A DNA stretch of 64,000 bases from an uncultured Gemmatimonadales bacterium (lineage in GTDB: Bacteria; Gemmatimonadota; Gemmatimonadetes; Gemmatimonadales; GWC2-71-9), in the NCBI GenBank assembly GCA_963748815.1, contig CAVVKJ010000005.1, forward strand, positions 416,001 through 480,000, written 5' to 3'. Shown here in pieces: positions 29,072-42,280 of this stretch. The stretch's first letter is position 1, and every line of letters starts with the position of its first letter. A model generated the notes under the pieces. The model was given only the letters and a program-made list of their open reading frames with translations, searched no databases and was not told the origin of the DNA. A program made the translations under genes and the position numbers.

Positions 29072-30628
29072 TCAGGGCTCCCGGAGGTCGCGGCCCGTCA
29101 TCTCGGGCGGCGGCGTGATGCCGAGCAGGCGCAGTACCGTCGGACCGACGTCGCGGAGCGCGCCTCCACCTCGGAGGTGGCTCGCACCGGCACGGACTGC
29201 CACCAGCGGCACAGGGTTCGTCGTGTGGGCGGTGTGCGGGCCGCCGGTGTCTGGGTCCACCATCATCTCGCAATTGCCGTGATCGGCGGTGATCAGCACC
29301 GTCGCCCCCGTCGCCTCCGCGGCGCGGAGCACCCGCCCGAGGCATCGGTCGACGGTCTCCACCGCCTCGACCACCGCCGGCATGACCCCGGTGTGGCCGA
29401 CCATGTCGGCGTTGGCGTAGTTGCACAGCACGAAGTCGTGCTCGGGCGCGCCGATGGCGCCGCACAGGACATCGGTGATGCCGTCGGCGCTCATGGCTGG
29501 CGCAAGATCATACGTGGCCACCTTCTGCGACGGCACCAGGATGCGTTCCTCTCCGCGGTACGGCACCTCGACCCCGCCATTGAAAAAGTAGGTCACGTGC
29601 GGGTACTTCTCGGTCTCCGCCGTCCGCAGCTGGGTTCGCCCGGCGTCGGCCAGGACCTCCGCCACGATCCGCGCCATAGAGAACGGCGGAAACGCCGTTG
29701 GGAACGGGAAGGTCTGGTCGTACTGCGTCATGGTGACCAGGCCGGCCAGGGCCGGGCGCACACCGGTCTCGAAGCCGTCGAACCCCTCGATGGCCAGCGC
29801 CCGGCAGATCTGTCGCATCCGGTCGCTGCGATAGTTGAAGCAGAAGACGCCGTCGCCGCTGCGAATGGGTCCCGCCGGCGCGCCGCCCCGCTCGAGGATG
29901 ATCGGCTGGACGAATTCGTCTGTTTCACCGCGACCGTAGGCGTCACGCACCGCCTGGACCGGGTCGCTTGCCGTCCGCCCCACTCCCCGCACCATCGCCT
30001 CGTAGGCGAGCCGGGTGCGATCCCATCGCTGATCCCGGTCCATCGCGAAGTAGCGCCCGGTGAGCGAACCGATGCGCGCCCGCGGGCCCGCGATCCGCTG
30101 GAGGTCGCCCTGCAGGCGCTGGACGACGTCGGCGGCGGATTTCGGCGGGGAATCCCGCCCGTCGAGGAATCCGTGGACGACAATGCCGGGCACGTCGAGG
30201 CGGACGCCGAGTTCCACCGCCGCCAGCAGGTGGGCATCGATCGCGTGGACGCCGCCCGCGCCGAGCAGTCCAAGGAGGTGCAGGGTGCCGCCGCGCTCGC
30301 GCAGCCGTTCACACAGCTCAACCAGCGGCTCAAGCCCAAAGAACTCGCCGGACTGGATGCTCGCGGAGATCCGAACCAGGTCCTGGGGCACCACCCGCCC
30401 GGCGCCCAGGTTCAAGTGGCCGACCTCGCTGTTGCCCATCTGCCCTTCAGGAAGGCCGACGGCGAGGCCGCTGGCGTCGAGCAGGGTCCGGGGTTCGCTG
30501 TCCCACAGCCGGTGCCAGACGGGGGTCCGGGCGAGCTCGATGGCGTTTCCGTCGCGCTCCGGCCGGTAGCCCCACCCGTCCAGCACCACGAGAACCACCT
30601 GGCGCGCCGGGACGCTGGCGTTTGACAT
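29072..30628 (-). CDS. gpmI: 2,3-bisphosphoglycerate-independent phosphoglycerate mutase
   Basis: LVVLDGWG, GQMGNSEVGH, GRYFAMDRD, AETEKYPHVT, ADHGN. Confidence 0.97.
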   Translation of the reverse strand: MSNASVPARQVVLVVLDGWGYRPERDGNAIELARTPVWHRLWDSEPRTLLDASGLAVGLPEGQMGNSEVGHLNLGAGRVVPQDLVRISASIQSGEFFGLEPLVELCERLRERGGTLHLLGLLGAGGVHAIDAHLLAAVELGVRLDVPGIVVHGFLDGRDSPPKSAADVVQRLQGDLQRIAGPRARIGSLTGRYFAMDRDQRWDRTRLAYEAMVRGVGRTASDPVQAVRDAYGRGETDEFVQPIILERGGAPAGPIRSGDGVFCFNYRSDRMRQICRALAIEGFDGFETGVRPALAGLVTMTQYDQTFPFPTAFPPFSMARIVAEVLADAGRTQLRTAETEKYPHVTYFFNGGVEVPYRGEERILVPSQKVATYDLAPAMSADGITDVLCGAIGAPEHDFVLCNYANADMVGHTGVMPAVVEAVETVDRCLGRVLRAAEATGATVLITADHGNCEMMVDPDTGGPHTAHTTNPVPLVAVRAGASHLRGGGALRDVGPTVLRLLGITPPPEMTGRDLREP

Positions 30629-30650
30629 GCCTCTCCGCTGTTTCTACAAT
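30622..30650 (+). promoter_or_regulatory. near-consensus sigma70 promoter
   Basis: TTGACA-N17-TACAAT, 8 nt before GTG 30659. Confidence 0.7.
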
Positions 30651-30658
30651 GCTGGACA

Positions 30659-31699
30659 GTGACTTACACCGCGCCGCAATCTAGTCCCGCCCTCCGCCGC
30701 CTACCAGTCTGGGCGACTCTGACGACGCTCTGCCTCGCCGTCGTCCCGACATTGCTTCCCGCCCAGTCGCGCGTGACGCAGGCCACCTCGTTCCGGAAGG
30801 ACCCGGCCGGCACCGTGTTGGCCACCCTCCAGGCGGGAGAAGTCGTCAAGACCGGCAAGGCGCAGGGGGACTGGACCGCCGTGACGCTGGAGGGGTGGGT
30901 GTTCACCAAGTCCACCAGCGCCACCTCGCGCGACGGGTTTGACGTCGCCATCATCCCGGCCAACGGGGAGAACCTCCGGGCTGGCCCCAACGGGAGGATC
31001 CTGGCTCGGCTGGAGGCGGGGGCGCTCCTCAACAAGGTGGGCACCAAGGGGGGGTGGACCCAGGTGAGCCGCGCCGGCTGGGTCAGTACCAAGGCGCTCG
31101 CGAGCGGCTCGGCGCCGGCGCGGACCGCCGTTGCGGCGCCGGACAGCGGGGCCGCGGTGGCTACGACGGGCGGCGACCTCCCCGATCGCGTGGCGACGCT
31201 CAGGTCCACGGCGCTGACGCTGACACCCGATGGGCCGCCGATGGCCACCCTTGAATCGGGGGCGTCCGGGCAGGTCATCGGGAAGAGTGGCGAGTGGGTC
31301 CAGGTCCAGCTGCAGGGGTGGGTGCGCGAGGCCGACCTGTCCGAGCCCGCCAGCGCGGCGATTCCCGGGGTGACCGTCGCCCAGGTCCGGGCGGACCCGT
31401 CCCGGTACGTGGGCCAGCTGCTGGAGTGGCGGGTGCAGTTCATCAGCATCCAGACCGCCGATGAACTGCGCCCCGAGATTCCGAACGGCGCCAGATACCT
31501 GCTGACCCGGGGGCCCCTGCCCGAGCCGGGGTTTGTGTACGTGGTCGTGACGGCCGCCCAGCTCCCGACCTTCCAGGCCGCCCCGCCGCTGCAGGAGTTC
31601 ACCGTGCGCGGGCGGCTCCGGGCCACGCAGACGCGTTACCTGCCGACCCCCGTACTGGAGCTTGTCCAGGTGATGGATCCCAAGGGAGGGACGCCGTGA
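30659..31699 (+). CDS. secreted protein with bacterial SH3-like repeats
   Basis: Signal peptide; three repeats of G(D/G/E)W(T/V)xV..xGWV. Confidence 0.7.
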   Translation: MTYTAPQSSPALRRLPVWATLTTLCLAVVPTLLPAQSRVTQATSFRKDPAGTVLATLQAGEVVKTGKAQGDWTAVTLEGWVFTKSTSATSRDGFDVAIIPANGENLRAGPNGRILARLEAGALLNKVGTKGGWTQVSRAGWVSTKALASGSAPARTAVAAPDSGAAVATTGGDLPDRVATLRSTALTLTPDGPPMATLESGASGQVIGKSGEWVQVQLQGWVREADLSEPASAAIPGVTVAQVRADPSRYVGQLLEWRVQFISIQTADELRPEIPNGARYLLTRGPLPEPGFVYVVVTAAQLPTFQAAPPLQEFTVRGRLRATQTRYLPTPVLELVQVMDPKGGTP

Positions 31700-32136
31700 A
31701 CGACGCGCTGAAGCAGCGAATCCAGCGAAAGCTCGAGACCCTGAGCGACGAGCGGGGCTACCAGATCCTCGATTACGTCGAGTTCCTCGAGAGCAAGTTC
31801 GCGGAGCGAGCCACCCCCACCGGCATCTTCGCCAGGATCACCGAGACGGTCGAAGACACGATGCGCGCCGGCAAGCTGCCGATCCAGGCCATCAGCGGGA
31901 CGATGGGCGTGATGGACAGCGCCGCCAAGGTGATGAAGGGGTTCGCGGCCGCGGGAAAGACGGTGGTCGACGAAGCGATGCGGGCCTCCGAGGGGCAGCC
32001 GCCGCTGGAGGCCGCGCCACCCTCGGCACCGCCAAAGGCGGCCACGCCGAAGGTGCCCACGGCCAAGCCGCCTGCGTCCAAGGCGTCGCCGGCGAAGCCG
32101 GTGGACCCCCCCGCCGCTCCCAAGACCGGCAGCTGA
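31696..32136 (+). CDS. hypothetical protein (DUF2281-like N-terminus, Pro/Ala/Lys tail)
   Basis: LETLSDE...QILDYVEFLESK; GGAGG RBS; GTGA overlap. Confidence 0.65.
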   Translation: MNDALKQRIQRKLETLSDERGYQILDYVEFLESKFAERATPTGIFARITETVEDTMRAGKLPIQAISGTMGVMDSAAKVMKGFAAAGKTVVDEAMRASEGQPPLEAAPPSAPPKAATPKVPTAKPPASKASPAKPVDPPAAPKTGS

Positions 32137-32175
32137 TCGCGACCGGGTTCCACCCTCCTCAACTGGACCACACCC

Positions 32176-35266
<3,091 letters not shown>

Positions 35267-35287
35267 CCACTGGTGGCGTGACGGCAT

Positions 35288-35318
35288 GCCGGGGCGCACT
35301 GCGCCCCGGCCGTTCTTT
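35288..35318 (+). terminator. putative intrinsic terminator after guaB
   Basis: GCCGGGGCGC-ACT-GCGCCCCGGC perfect stem followed by CGTTCTTT. Confidence 0.55.
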
Positions 35319-35337
35319 CCCTCATTTCGGAGCACTC

Positions 35338-36924
35338 GTGAGCGATTCCGCACCAGCCCGCGAAGCCTGGGGTTCCCGCATTGGCCTGATCCTGGCCATG
35401 GCGGGCAACGCCGTCGGACTCGGGAACTTCCTCCGCTTTCCGCGGCAGGCCGTCGAGAACGGTGGCGGCACGTTCATGATCCCCTACTTCATCGCCTTCC
35501 TGCTGGTCGGCATCCCGCTGATGTGGATTGAATGGGGCGTCGGACGTCACGGAGGGTTGCGCGGCCACGGCTCGGTGCCGGGGATGTTCGAGAGCCTCTG
35601 GAAGCACCCGGTCGCCAAGTATCTCGGCGTGCTGGGCCTCTTCATGCCGATGGTGGTGCTGATCTACTACTGCTACATCGAGTCGTGGACCCTCGCCTGG
35701 ACCTGGGCCTCGCTGCGCGGCGCCACGCAGGGTCTCGACCAGGCCGGCATGCAGGCGTTCTTCAAGTCGTATGTCGACCTCGAGAACGGCACGGTCCACG
35801 GTTTCTGGACGCCCTTCGCCTTCTTCTTCATCACGATCGCCGTCAACTTCTACGTCGTGAGCAAGGGGCTCTCGGCGGGGATCGAGCGGTTGGCGAAGAT
35901 CGGGATGCCGATCCTCTTCGTCTTCGCCGCGATCCTGGTCATCCGCGTGCTGACGCTGGGGGCGCACGAGGTCATCATTGACGGGGTCGCCACACAGTCG
36001 AGCCCGATCGACGGGCTCAACTTCATGTACACGCCGAACTGGAGCCTTCTGGCCAACCCGAAGGTGTGGCTGGCGGCTACCGGGCAGATCTTCTTCACCC
36101 TCTCGGTCGGCATGGGCTCGTTGCAGGCCTACGCCAGCTACCTGACCAAGAAGGACGACATCGCGCTCTCGGGCATCGCCACCGCGGCGACGAACGAAAC
36201 GGCGGAAGTGGTGCTCGGCGGCTCGCTTGCCATCCCGGCGATCGTGGCCTTCTTCGGCGTGGCCGGGGCCACCGCGATTGCCAAGGGCGGCAGTTTCGAC
36301 CTCGGCTTCATCGCCATGCCGCTTGTCTTCAATCAGCTCCCCGGCGGGGCGATCATGGCCACGGTGGCCGGCGTCATGTGGTTCGGCCTCCTCTTCTTTG
36401 CCGGCATCACCTCATCGGTGGCGATGGCCACGCCGGCCCTCTCGTTTGTCGAGGAAAATTTCGGGTGGTCGCGGAAGCGGACCGCCATCGGACTCGGGGC
36501 CATCGCCCTCCTGATCGGGATCCTGCATCTGGTCTATTACACGCAGGGCTTCCTGGATGAATGGGACTATTGGGCCGGCACCTTCGGGCTCGTCATTCTC
36601 GCACTCGTCGAGACCATACTCTTTGTCTGGGTCTTCGGGCCGGACAACATGTGGCGGGAAATCCACGAGGGCGCCAGCATCCGGATCCCGCGCTTCTTCA
36701 AGTTCGTGATGACTTTCGTCACGCCGGTCTTCCTGCTGGTCATGATGATCTGGTGGACGGTTGAGGAGGCGGTGCCGACTCTCCTGATGGAGAATATCCC
36801 CGAAGCCGACCACAAGGTGCGCTGGGCGTCCCGCGGGTTGATGCTGGCCATCTTGCTCATCCAGCTCTGGCTCATCAAGGCGGCGTGGCGCCGCCGTGTC
36901 CTCGACGGCAAGGAGGTGGCCTGA
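35338..36924 (+). CDS. sodium-dependent transporter (NSS/SNF, LeuT-like)
   Basis: REAWGSRIGLILAMAGNAVGLGNFLRFP, GQIFFTLS, FFAGITSS. Confidence 0.95.
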   Translation: MSDSAPAREAWGSRIGLILAMAGNAVGLGNFLRFPRQAVENGGGTFMIPYFIAFLLVGIPLMWIEWGVGRHGGLRGHGSVPGMFESLWKHPVAKYLGVLGLFMPMVVLIYYCYIESWTLAWTWASLRGATQGLDQAGMQAFFKSYVDLENGTVHGFWTPFAFFFITIAVNFYVVSKGLSAGIERLAKIGMPILFVFAAILVIRVLTLGAHEVIIDGVATQSSPIDGLNFMYTPNWSLLANPKVWLAATGQIFFTLSVGMGSLQAYASYLTKKDDIALSGIATAATNETAEVVLGGSLAIPAIVAFFGVAGATAIAKGGSFDLGFIAMPLVFNQLPGGAIMATVAGVMWFGLLFFAGITSSVAMATPALSFVEENFGWSRKRTAIGLGAIALLIGILHLVYYTQGFLDEWDYWAGTFGLVILALVETILFVWVFGPDNMWREIHEGASIRIPRFFKFVMTFVTPVFLLVMMIWWTVEEAVPTLLMENIPEADHKVRWASRGLMLAILLIQLWLIKAAWRRRVLDGKEVA

Positions 36925-37055
36925 TGAACACGACCGCGATCATCTTCATGACCGGCGCCTGGGTGTTCGTGCTGGGGCTCGTCATCTGGTCGTTCCGCAA
37001 GCTCCTCTCCACGCCGCAGGAGGAGAAGCTTCCGCCTCCGGGGTCCATTCCCTGA
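36924..37055 (+). CDS. 43-aa single-TM protein, MetS-like NSS transporter small subunit
   Basis: MNTTAIIFMTGAWVFVLGLVIWSFRKLLSTPQEEKLPPPGSIP; AGGAGG RBS; TGATG coupling to the NSS gene. Confidence 0.75.
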   Translation: MNTTAIIFMTGAWVFVLGLVIWSFRKLLSTPQEEKLPPPGSIP

Positions 37056-37176
37056 GGCCCGCAGGCTGGTGACCGCGCCGCCGGACCGCCGGCGGTGCGG
37101 CCCGGCCGCCGTGGGACCGATTCCTGGTTGCCTACCGTTCTCGCCGTACGCCGTCCCCTCGCAGGTGGAGCGCCCG

Positions 37177-38652
37177 ATGAGCCTATTCCGCCGTAAGGAT
37201 GTCGCCTCCCTCCAGGCCGAGCTGGAGACCGACCACAGCCTCAAGCGCACCCTCGGTGCCGGTGGCCTCGTCATGCTGGGCATCGGCGCCATCATTGGCG
37301 CCGGGATCTTCGTGCTGACCGGACAAGCCGCCGCGACGTACGCCGGTCCGGCCATTGTCTATTCGTTCCTCCTGGCCGGCACCGCCTGCGCCTTTGCCGG
37401 GCTCTGCTACGCCGAGTTCGCCGCGATGATTCCGATCGCGGGGTCGGCGTATACCTACGGCTACGCCACCATGGGTGAATTCGTCGCCTGGATCATCGGG
37501 TGGGACCTGATCCTCGAGTACCTCTTTGCCGCCTCGACGGTGGCGGTGGGCTGGTCGGGGTACTTCACGTCACTCCTCCGCGACATGGGCATCAACCTGC
37601 CCGCTGCCTACACCTCGGCGCCGTACAATCACACCGCGGTGCCGGACGCGGGCCTCAACGTCTGGCGCATCTTTACCGAGGGGTGGACGCGCACGCCCGG
37701 CGCGGTGCTCAACGTCCCCGCCATGGTCATCGTGGGCCTGATCTCGATCCTGCTCATCATCGGGATCCAGGAATCGTCCCGCTTCAACAACATCATCGTG
37801 GTGGTGAAGGTCGCCGTGGTGCTCGCCTTCATCGCCTTCGGCGCCGCCTACATCAACCGCGAGAACTGGGAGCCGTTCATTCCTCCCATGACGGACCCGG
37901 GGCACTTCGGCTGGAGCGGGATCGTCCGCGCCGCTGGCGTCATCTTCTTCGCCTACATCGGCTTCGACGCGGTATCGACCGCCGCCCAGGAGACCAAGAA
38001 CCCGAAGCGGGACATGCCGATCGGCATCCTCGGGTCGTTGGTCATCTGCACCGTCCTCTACATTGCCGTGTCGCTGGTCCTGACCGGAATCGTGAAGTAC
38101 ACCGAACTGAATGTGCCCGACCCGATTGCCGTCGGCATCAACGCCGCCGGGCCGGGCCTGGCCTGGCTGCGGCCCTTCATCAAGATCGGGGCGATCGCCG
38201 GGCTCTCCTCGGTCATCCTCGTGATGCTCATGGGCCAGCCGCGCATCTTCTACACCATGGCCAAGGACGGACTCCTGCCGCCGATGTTCAGCGCCGTGCA
38301 CCCGAAGTTCAAGACACCGTGGCTCGCCACCATCATGACCGGTGCGGTAGCCATGATCTGTGCCGGTCTCCTCCCGATCGGCCTCCTCGGCGAGCTGGTC
38401 TCGATCGGCACCCTCCTCGCGTTCGCCATCGTCTGCGGCGGCGTCCTCGTGCTGCGCTACACCGATCCGGACATCCCGCGGCCGTTCCGCACCCCGCTGG
38501 TGCCCCTGGTACCCATTCTCGGTGTGGCCTCGTGCCTCTACCTGATGCAGGCGCTCCCGATCGACACGTGGGCGCGGCTCATCGTGTGGATGGCCATCGG
38601 CATCGCCATTTACTTCGGCTACGGCCGGAGGCATTCAAAGCTGAACGCCTGA
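37177..38652 (+). CDS. APC family amino acid permease (CAT-like)
   Basis: GIGAIIGAGIFVLTG, GSAYTY, FFAYIGFD, SIGTLLAF. Confidence 0.93.
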   Translation: MSLFRRKDVASLQAELETDHSLKRTLGAGGLVMLGIGAIIGAGIFVLTGQAAATYAGPAIVYSFLLAGTACAFAGLCYAEFAAMIPIAGSAYTYGYATMGEFVAWIIGWDLILEYLFAASTVAVGWSGYFTSLLRDMGINLPAAYTSAPYNHTAVPDAGLNVWRIFTEGWTRTPGAVLNVPAMVIVGLISILLIIGIQESSRFNNIIVVVKVAVVLAFIAFGAAYINRENWEPFIPPMTDPGHFGWSGIVRAAGVIFFAYIGFDAVSTAAQETKNPKRDMPIGILGSLVICTVLYIAVSLVLTGIVKYTELNVPDPIAVGINAAGPGLAWLRPFIKIGAIAGLSSVILVMLMGQPRIFYTMAKDGLLPPMFSAVHPKFKTPWLATIMTGAVAMICAGLLPIGLLGELVSIGTLLAFAIVCGGVLVLRYTDPDIPRPFRTPLVPLVPILGVASCLYLMQALPIDTWARLIVWMAIGIAIYFGYGRRHSKLNA

Positions 38653-38759
38653 TCCCGGGCGCGCGGCGCTGAAGCCTGAGGAGCGAGCGGGAGCGGAGTC
38701 GGGGCAGGGCGCCCGGCGCCGCTCCCCTCTTCCGTGTGAGGGGTTATCTTTCTGCCGCC

Positions 38760-39782
38760 ATGAAGCTGCCGCTCTCTCACCAGAAGACCGAAGCCGCCCG
38801 CGCCATCGCCGAGGCCCTGATCCCCGGCCAGCGGGTCTGCCTGACCACCCACGTGAACCCGGATGGGGACGGCCTCGGCAGCGAGGTTGGGCTCCTGCAC
38901 CTGCTCAAGGCCCAGGGGATCACCGCCGTGGTCACCAACCCCAGCCCCACCCCGCCGCGGTTCGACTTTCTCTTCGAGAACCTCCCCGGCGCCGACAAGA
39001 GCCGCGAGGCGATCAAGGAACTCCGCCGCGCCGATGTCATCGTCGTGCTCGACATCGCGGACCTGGGACGGCTGGGCATGTTGGGTGACACCGTCCGCGA
39101 CCGTGGCGTGCCGGTCGTCTGCATCGACCATCACGTGAGCCCGGGCGAACTGCCGGCGGGACCGCGCTATGTCGATCCGAGCGCGGCCGCCACCGGGGAA
39201 CTGGTCTTCGAGATCGGGCGCGCCAACGACTGGCCCCTCACCCAGGAGGCGGCGCGGGCCCTGTACGTGGCCATCATGACCGACACCGGCAGCTTTCGCT
39301 TCAGCAACACCCACCCCCGCACCCTGCGCGTCGCCGCAGAGCTGCTGGAGACCGGGCTCGACCCGGAACGGATGTACCTCGACGTCTACGCGAACGCCCC
39401 CGAAGGGCGCCCCCGGCTCTACGGCGAGGCGCTGCAGACCCTGGTGGTCGAGCCGGAGTACGGCCTGGCGTGGGTGACGGTGCCCCCCGGCGCGCTGGAA
39501 CGCCTCGGGGTCAGCGCCGACGACCTCGACGGAGTGGTCGAGTTTCCCCGGAGCATCGCCGGTGTGCGGATGGCGCTGCTGTTCCGGGAGATCGCCGCCG
39601 GGCGGATCAAGGTGTCGCTGCGCTCGGTGGGCGACGTGGACGTCGCGGCCTTTGCCAAGCCGTTCGGCGGCGGCGGCCACACCAAGGCGGCCGGCCTCTC
39701 GATCGAGGGATCGATGGGCGACGTGCAGGGCACCGTACTCGCGGCCGCGCGGCGCTATCTCGGCGGCAACGGAAAGCATTGA
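38760..39782 (+). CDS. nrnA: DHH family phosphoesterase (nanoRNase/pAp phosphatase)
   Basis: HVNPDGDGLGS, IDHH, TDTGSF, SLRS, GGGGH. Confidence 0.88.
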   Translation: MKLPLSHQKTEAARAIAEALIPGQRVCLTTHVNPDGDGLGSEVGLLHLLKAQGITAVVTNPSPTPPRFDFLFENLPGADKSREAIKELRRADVIVVLDIADLGRLGMLGDTVRDRGVPVVCIDHHVSPGELPAGPRYVDPSAAATGELVFEIGRANDWPLTQEAARALYVAIMTDTGSFRFSNTHPRTLRVAAELLETGLDPERMYLDVYANAPEGRPRLYGEALQTLVVEPEYGLAWVTVPPGALERLGVSADDLDGVVEFPRSIAGVRMALLFREIAAGRIKVSLRSVGDVDVAAFAKPFGGGGHTKAAGLSIEGSMGDVQGTVLAAARRYLGGNGKH

Positions 39783-39788
39783 GGCACG

Positions 39789-40031
39789 ATGGACACGACG
39801 ATGGACATGCTCGCCCGCATCGAGGCGACGATCGATACCCTCCGACCCTACATCGCCTCCCACAAGGGACAGGTGGAAGTCGTGGATTTTGACGCGACCG
39901 AAGGGACGCTCTACGTGCGGTTGGGTGGCACCTGTCACGGCTGCGCGGCGTCGACCATCACCCTGAAGCAGGGGCTCGAGGTACGGCTCCGGCAGTCGGT
40001 GCCCGAGGTCAAGACCGTGGAGGCCATCTGA
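39789..40031 (+). CDS. NifU/NfuA C-terminal domain Fe-S carrier
   Basis: LRPYIASHKG, LGGTCHGC, TLKQGLE. Confidence 0.9.
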   Translation: MDTTMDMLARIEATIDTLRPYIASHKGQVEVVDFDATEGTLYVRLGGTCHGCAASTITLKQGLEVRLRQSVPEVKTVEAI

Positions 40032-41137
40032 TGACTCCCACCCCGCTCGCCGCCGCGCAACAGGCGCTCGCCGGCATCGTGAATCCGCGCGTGGGGAAGG
40101 ACCTGCTCGCCGCGGGAATGGTGGAAGGGCTCGTCATCGGAGACGACGGCCGTCCCGCCTTCACCTTCTGGCTGGCTCGCGAGGACGACGCGACGCTGGT
40201 GCGACAGGTTCGGCAGGCCTTCGCGGCGGCCAACCTGGGTGAGCCGAAGATCCAGATCAAGGACCCCTCGGGGCCGGCCAAATCAACGCACGGCCCGCCG
40301 GGCGACCCCGCGAAGGCCACGCCGCCCCCGCCGGCGCAGATGTCCCTGCCGAACCTGGGCAAGGTGATCGCGATTTCGTCCGGCAAGGGCGGGGTGGGGA
40401 AGTCCACCGTCGCCGCGAACCTCGCCATCGCGCTGGCGAGTGCGGGGCATCGCGTCGGCCTGATGGACGGCGACATTTACGGCCCCAATATTCCGCGCAT
40501 GTTCGGCGTCTTCGACCGCCCGCACGTCAACGCGGCGCGGCGGATGCAGCCCCTGGAGGCGCACGGCGTCAAACTGATGTCGCTGGGGTTCATCGTCGAG
40601 CGCGACGCACCCGCCATCTGGCGCGGCCCCATCATCATGAAGATCGTGACCCAGTTCCTGCGGGACGTCGACTGGGGAGACCTCGACTACTTCCTCGTGG
40701 ACTTGCCCCCGGGCACCGGCGACGCGCAGCTGTCGCTGGTGCAGGCCACCAACGTGTCCGGCGCCGTCATCGTGACGACGCCACAGGAGATGTCGGTCGG
40801 TGACGCGCTCCGCGGCGCGAAGATGTTCGACAAGGTCAACGTGCCGGTGCTGGGCCTCGTCGAGAACATGGCCGGATTCACCTGTCCGCACTGCGGCGGT
40901 CACACCGACCTCTTCCCGACCGGCGGCGGCGACCGGCTGAGCGAAGAACTCGGCGTGCCGGTGCTGGGGCGCATTCCGATGCAGGCGCAACTGGCGGACC
41001 TGGCCGATCGAGGCCGACCGGTGGTGGTGGCGGCGCCGGAGAGCCCCGCGGCCGTTGCACTGACGGCCATCGCCGCGGAGGTGGCTGAGGCTGCACGGAC
41101 GCGGGGCGGGGCGGAGTTGCCGATCTTGCGAGGCTAG
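40031..41137 (+). CDS. mrp: Mrp/NBP35 (ApbC) Fe-S carrier ATPase
   Basis: SGKGGVGKST, DIYGP, DLPPGTGD, VTTPQ, ENM..CPHC. Confidence 0.93.
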   Translation: MTPTPLAAAQQALAGIVNPRVGKDLLAAGMVEGLVIGDDGRPAFTFWLAREDDATLVRQVRQAFAAANLGEPKIQIKDPSGPAKSTHGPPGDPAKATPPPPAQMSLPNLGKVIAISSGKGGVGKSTVAANLAIALASAGHRVGLMDGDIYGPNIPRMFGVFDRPHVNAARRMQPLEAHGVKLMSLGFIVERDAPAIWRGPIIMKIVTQFLRDVDWGDLDYFLVDLPPGTGDAQLSLVQATNVSGAVIVTTPQEMSVGDALRGAKMFDKVNVPVLGLVENMAGFTCPHCGGHTDLFPTGGGDRLSEELGVPVLGRIPMQAQLADLADRGRPVVVAAPESPAAVALTAIAAEVAEAARTRGGAELPILRG

Positions 41138-41214
41138 GCCAGGCGGCGGCGGGACAGGGAGGCAAGACCGAGCGCGGAGGGCTTCTCACTGACGGGAGGC
41201 CCTTCTTGCTTGGG

Positions 41215-41908
41215 CTACTCCTTCTTCCGGGTGATGCGGAGGAGGGTCTGCATGTCGCCGCGCAGCGGGCCGGTGACGAGCCGACCCGCATCGGACAGGA
41301 TGCCCTCTTCTTCGATCATGAAGAACACCTCGTGCTCCGCAGCGGCACGGGCTCGCAGGAAGACTTCACTTCGTGAGCGAAGGATGATCCAGGCGGCGTT
41401 GCACGCGTAGCCGAAGATCTGGGCCTGGGCGAGCGTGTCCAACGGTGGGCGGAGTGCGCCGACCATCCAGCTCAGTCGACTCGGCGGCTCACCGGCTTCG
41501 GTGAATACACTCAGGAGTGGATCGGCCCTGCCCGACAGCAGTTCGTACGACTCCGCGGCAATCACTGATGTGAACAGCGAAAATTCGCGGTCATCGGTGA
41601 TGATCTCAGAAAGCGCCTGTCCCACCAGCACCGAGTCGACCTCCCAGAGTCGGCGAACCGATTCCCTCACCTCCAACCCGGTGCCGGTCACACTCCAGGA
41701 GTGTGATGGCAGGATGCGCAGCAGAGAGTCAGCAATCAGGGACCTCGGCGCCGTGTAGATAACGGAGGGGCGGTATACCGTGCCGGTGGTCGGCCAGGCG
41801 ACCGTGGTGCAGGCTGCGGGGAGTTGGCCCTGCGCGGCGGCAGGGGTGGTGAACGAAAAGAGGACCAGCGCGGGGGCTGCCGTAGTGAGACTGTCGCCAG
41901 AGCTTCAT
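41215..41908 (-). CDS. hypothetical secreted protein, probable 1-bp insertion near 41895
   Basis: Frame open upstream of 41691 through a signal-peptide-like SLTTAAPALVLFSFTTPAAAQ; ATG 41908 is one base out of frame and preceded by TATCTT. Confidence 0.5.
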
Positions 41909-42045
41909 TGCAGCCAAGATAGCGTCGGCTGGCAACGGCGCCAGCCCACTCCGTTCGTCCACCGGCTCTTCATCGCCCTCTCAGCGAGCCTTCACGCACC
42001 CGGTGCGAAGTTGATTCCAGTGAGGGTCCTTGCCAGGAGGCAGTC

Positions 42046-42279
42046 ATGACAACCAGAACGGGCAGGCTGGCCAAGCGGGGAAAACGCGCGGCGAAGCGGC
42101 TCTACAAACGGGCCGAATCCACCGTGATGGCGTTGGAGGGCCGACGGTCGGTGCGGGCCAAGGGTCGGAAGCTCAGGCAGGTCGGCCGCCGGGTGGCAGA
42201 AACCGGGTTGCTGATTGGCGCGGTCGTGGCGCTGGAGCTGGCGCTGGATCGGCTGAGCAGGGAGCACGGCAAGTCGTAG
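42046..42279 (+). CDS. small basic hypothetical protein with C-terminal hydrophobic helix
   Basis: AGGAGG RBS; 77 aa; fills the gap up to the convergent kinase stop. Confidence 0.6.
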   Translation: MTTRTGRLAKRGKRAAKRLYKRAESTVMALEGRRSVRAKGRKLRQVGRRVAETGLLIGAVVALELALDRLSREHGKS

Positions 42280-42280
42280 G

